Shown: positions 63,480 through 64,000 of the stretch, piece after piece
Numbering within the stretch: the stretch's first letter is position 1
How the letters are laid out: the number at the start of each line of letters is the position of its first letter
Source: the human T2T-CHM13v2.0 reference genome, Homo sapiens
Assembly (NCBI RefSeq): GCF_009914755.1
Contig: NC_060926.1
Reading direction: 5' to 3' (one strand)
DNA: 64,000 nucleotides
Position numbers and translations under genes: made by a program
The notes under the pieces: model-generated
What the model saw: the letters and a program-made list of their open reading frames with translations, nothing else
What the model was told of the DNA's origin: nothing
The model's database searches: none

Positions 63480-64000
63480 TTCCACCCCGACCCCTCAAGA
63501 TCTCATGTCCTCACATTTCAAACCAACCATGCCTTCCCAACAGTCCTTCAAAGCCTTAACTCATTCCAGCATTAACTCAAAAGTGCACAGTCCAAAGTCT
63601 CATCTGAGACAAGGCAAGTCCCTTCCACCTATGAGCCTGTAAAATCAAAATCAAACTAGTTACTTCCTAGATACAATGGGGGTACAGGTATTGGGTAAAT
63701 ATAGCTGTTTAGGAGAAATTGGCCAAAACAAAGGGGTTACAGGCCCCATGCAAGTCCAAAATCCAGTGGGGAAGTCAAATTTTAAAGCTTCAAAATGATC
63801 TCCTTTGACTCTAGTTCTCACATCCAGGTTATGCTGATGTAAGAGGTGGGTTCTCATGGTCTTGGGCAGTTCCACCTTTGTGGCTTTGCAGGGTACAGCC
63901 TCCCTCCCAGCTACTTTCATGGGCTGGCGTTGAGTGTCTGTGGCTTTTCCAGGAGCATGGTGCAAGCTGTTGGTGGATCTACCATTCTGGGGTCTGGAGG
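63480..64000 (-). mobile_element. THE1-int internal region, continuing beyond the window
   Basis: Polypurine tract (antisense ttccaccccgacccctc) then typical THE1-int ccttcccaacagtcc...catctgagacaaggcaagtcccttcc. Confidence 0.92.

Overview
AT-rich, repeat-dense primate (very likely human) genomic DNA, either intergenic or deep intronic. I see no credible protein-coding exon, RNA gene or CpG island. The ORFs in the track are Alu/L1/LTR-derived or chance ORFs in low-complexity DNA. By eye I find 25 Alu elements or fragments (J, S and Y types, many with clear target-site duplications, TSDs) and about ten L1/HAL1 pieces of different ages, nearly all on the + strand. There are about a dozen LTR elements (THE1, MST, MLT1, MLT2, MER11, LTR1, LTR16, LTR33), ancient L2/L3/MIR/hAT remnants and microsatellites. 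Subfamily names come from remembered consensus diagnostics, not from a RepeatMasker run. I found no evidence for a new gene system. The most unusual signals are structural: (1) a complex template-switch rearrangement at 53.3-54.4 kb, where the 3' end of an LTR1 is inverted with a 23-bp inverted duplication and fused to half an AluY and a truncated L1PB1; (2) two L1 twin-priming inversions, one only about 15 bp long; (3) a very closely spaced inverted Alu pair; (4) an L1/AluY deletion junction; (5) repeated use of the same insertion targets; (6) a compact E-box/SOX/T-box cluster in unique DNA that may be an enhancer.
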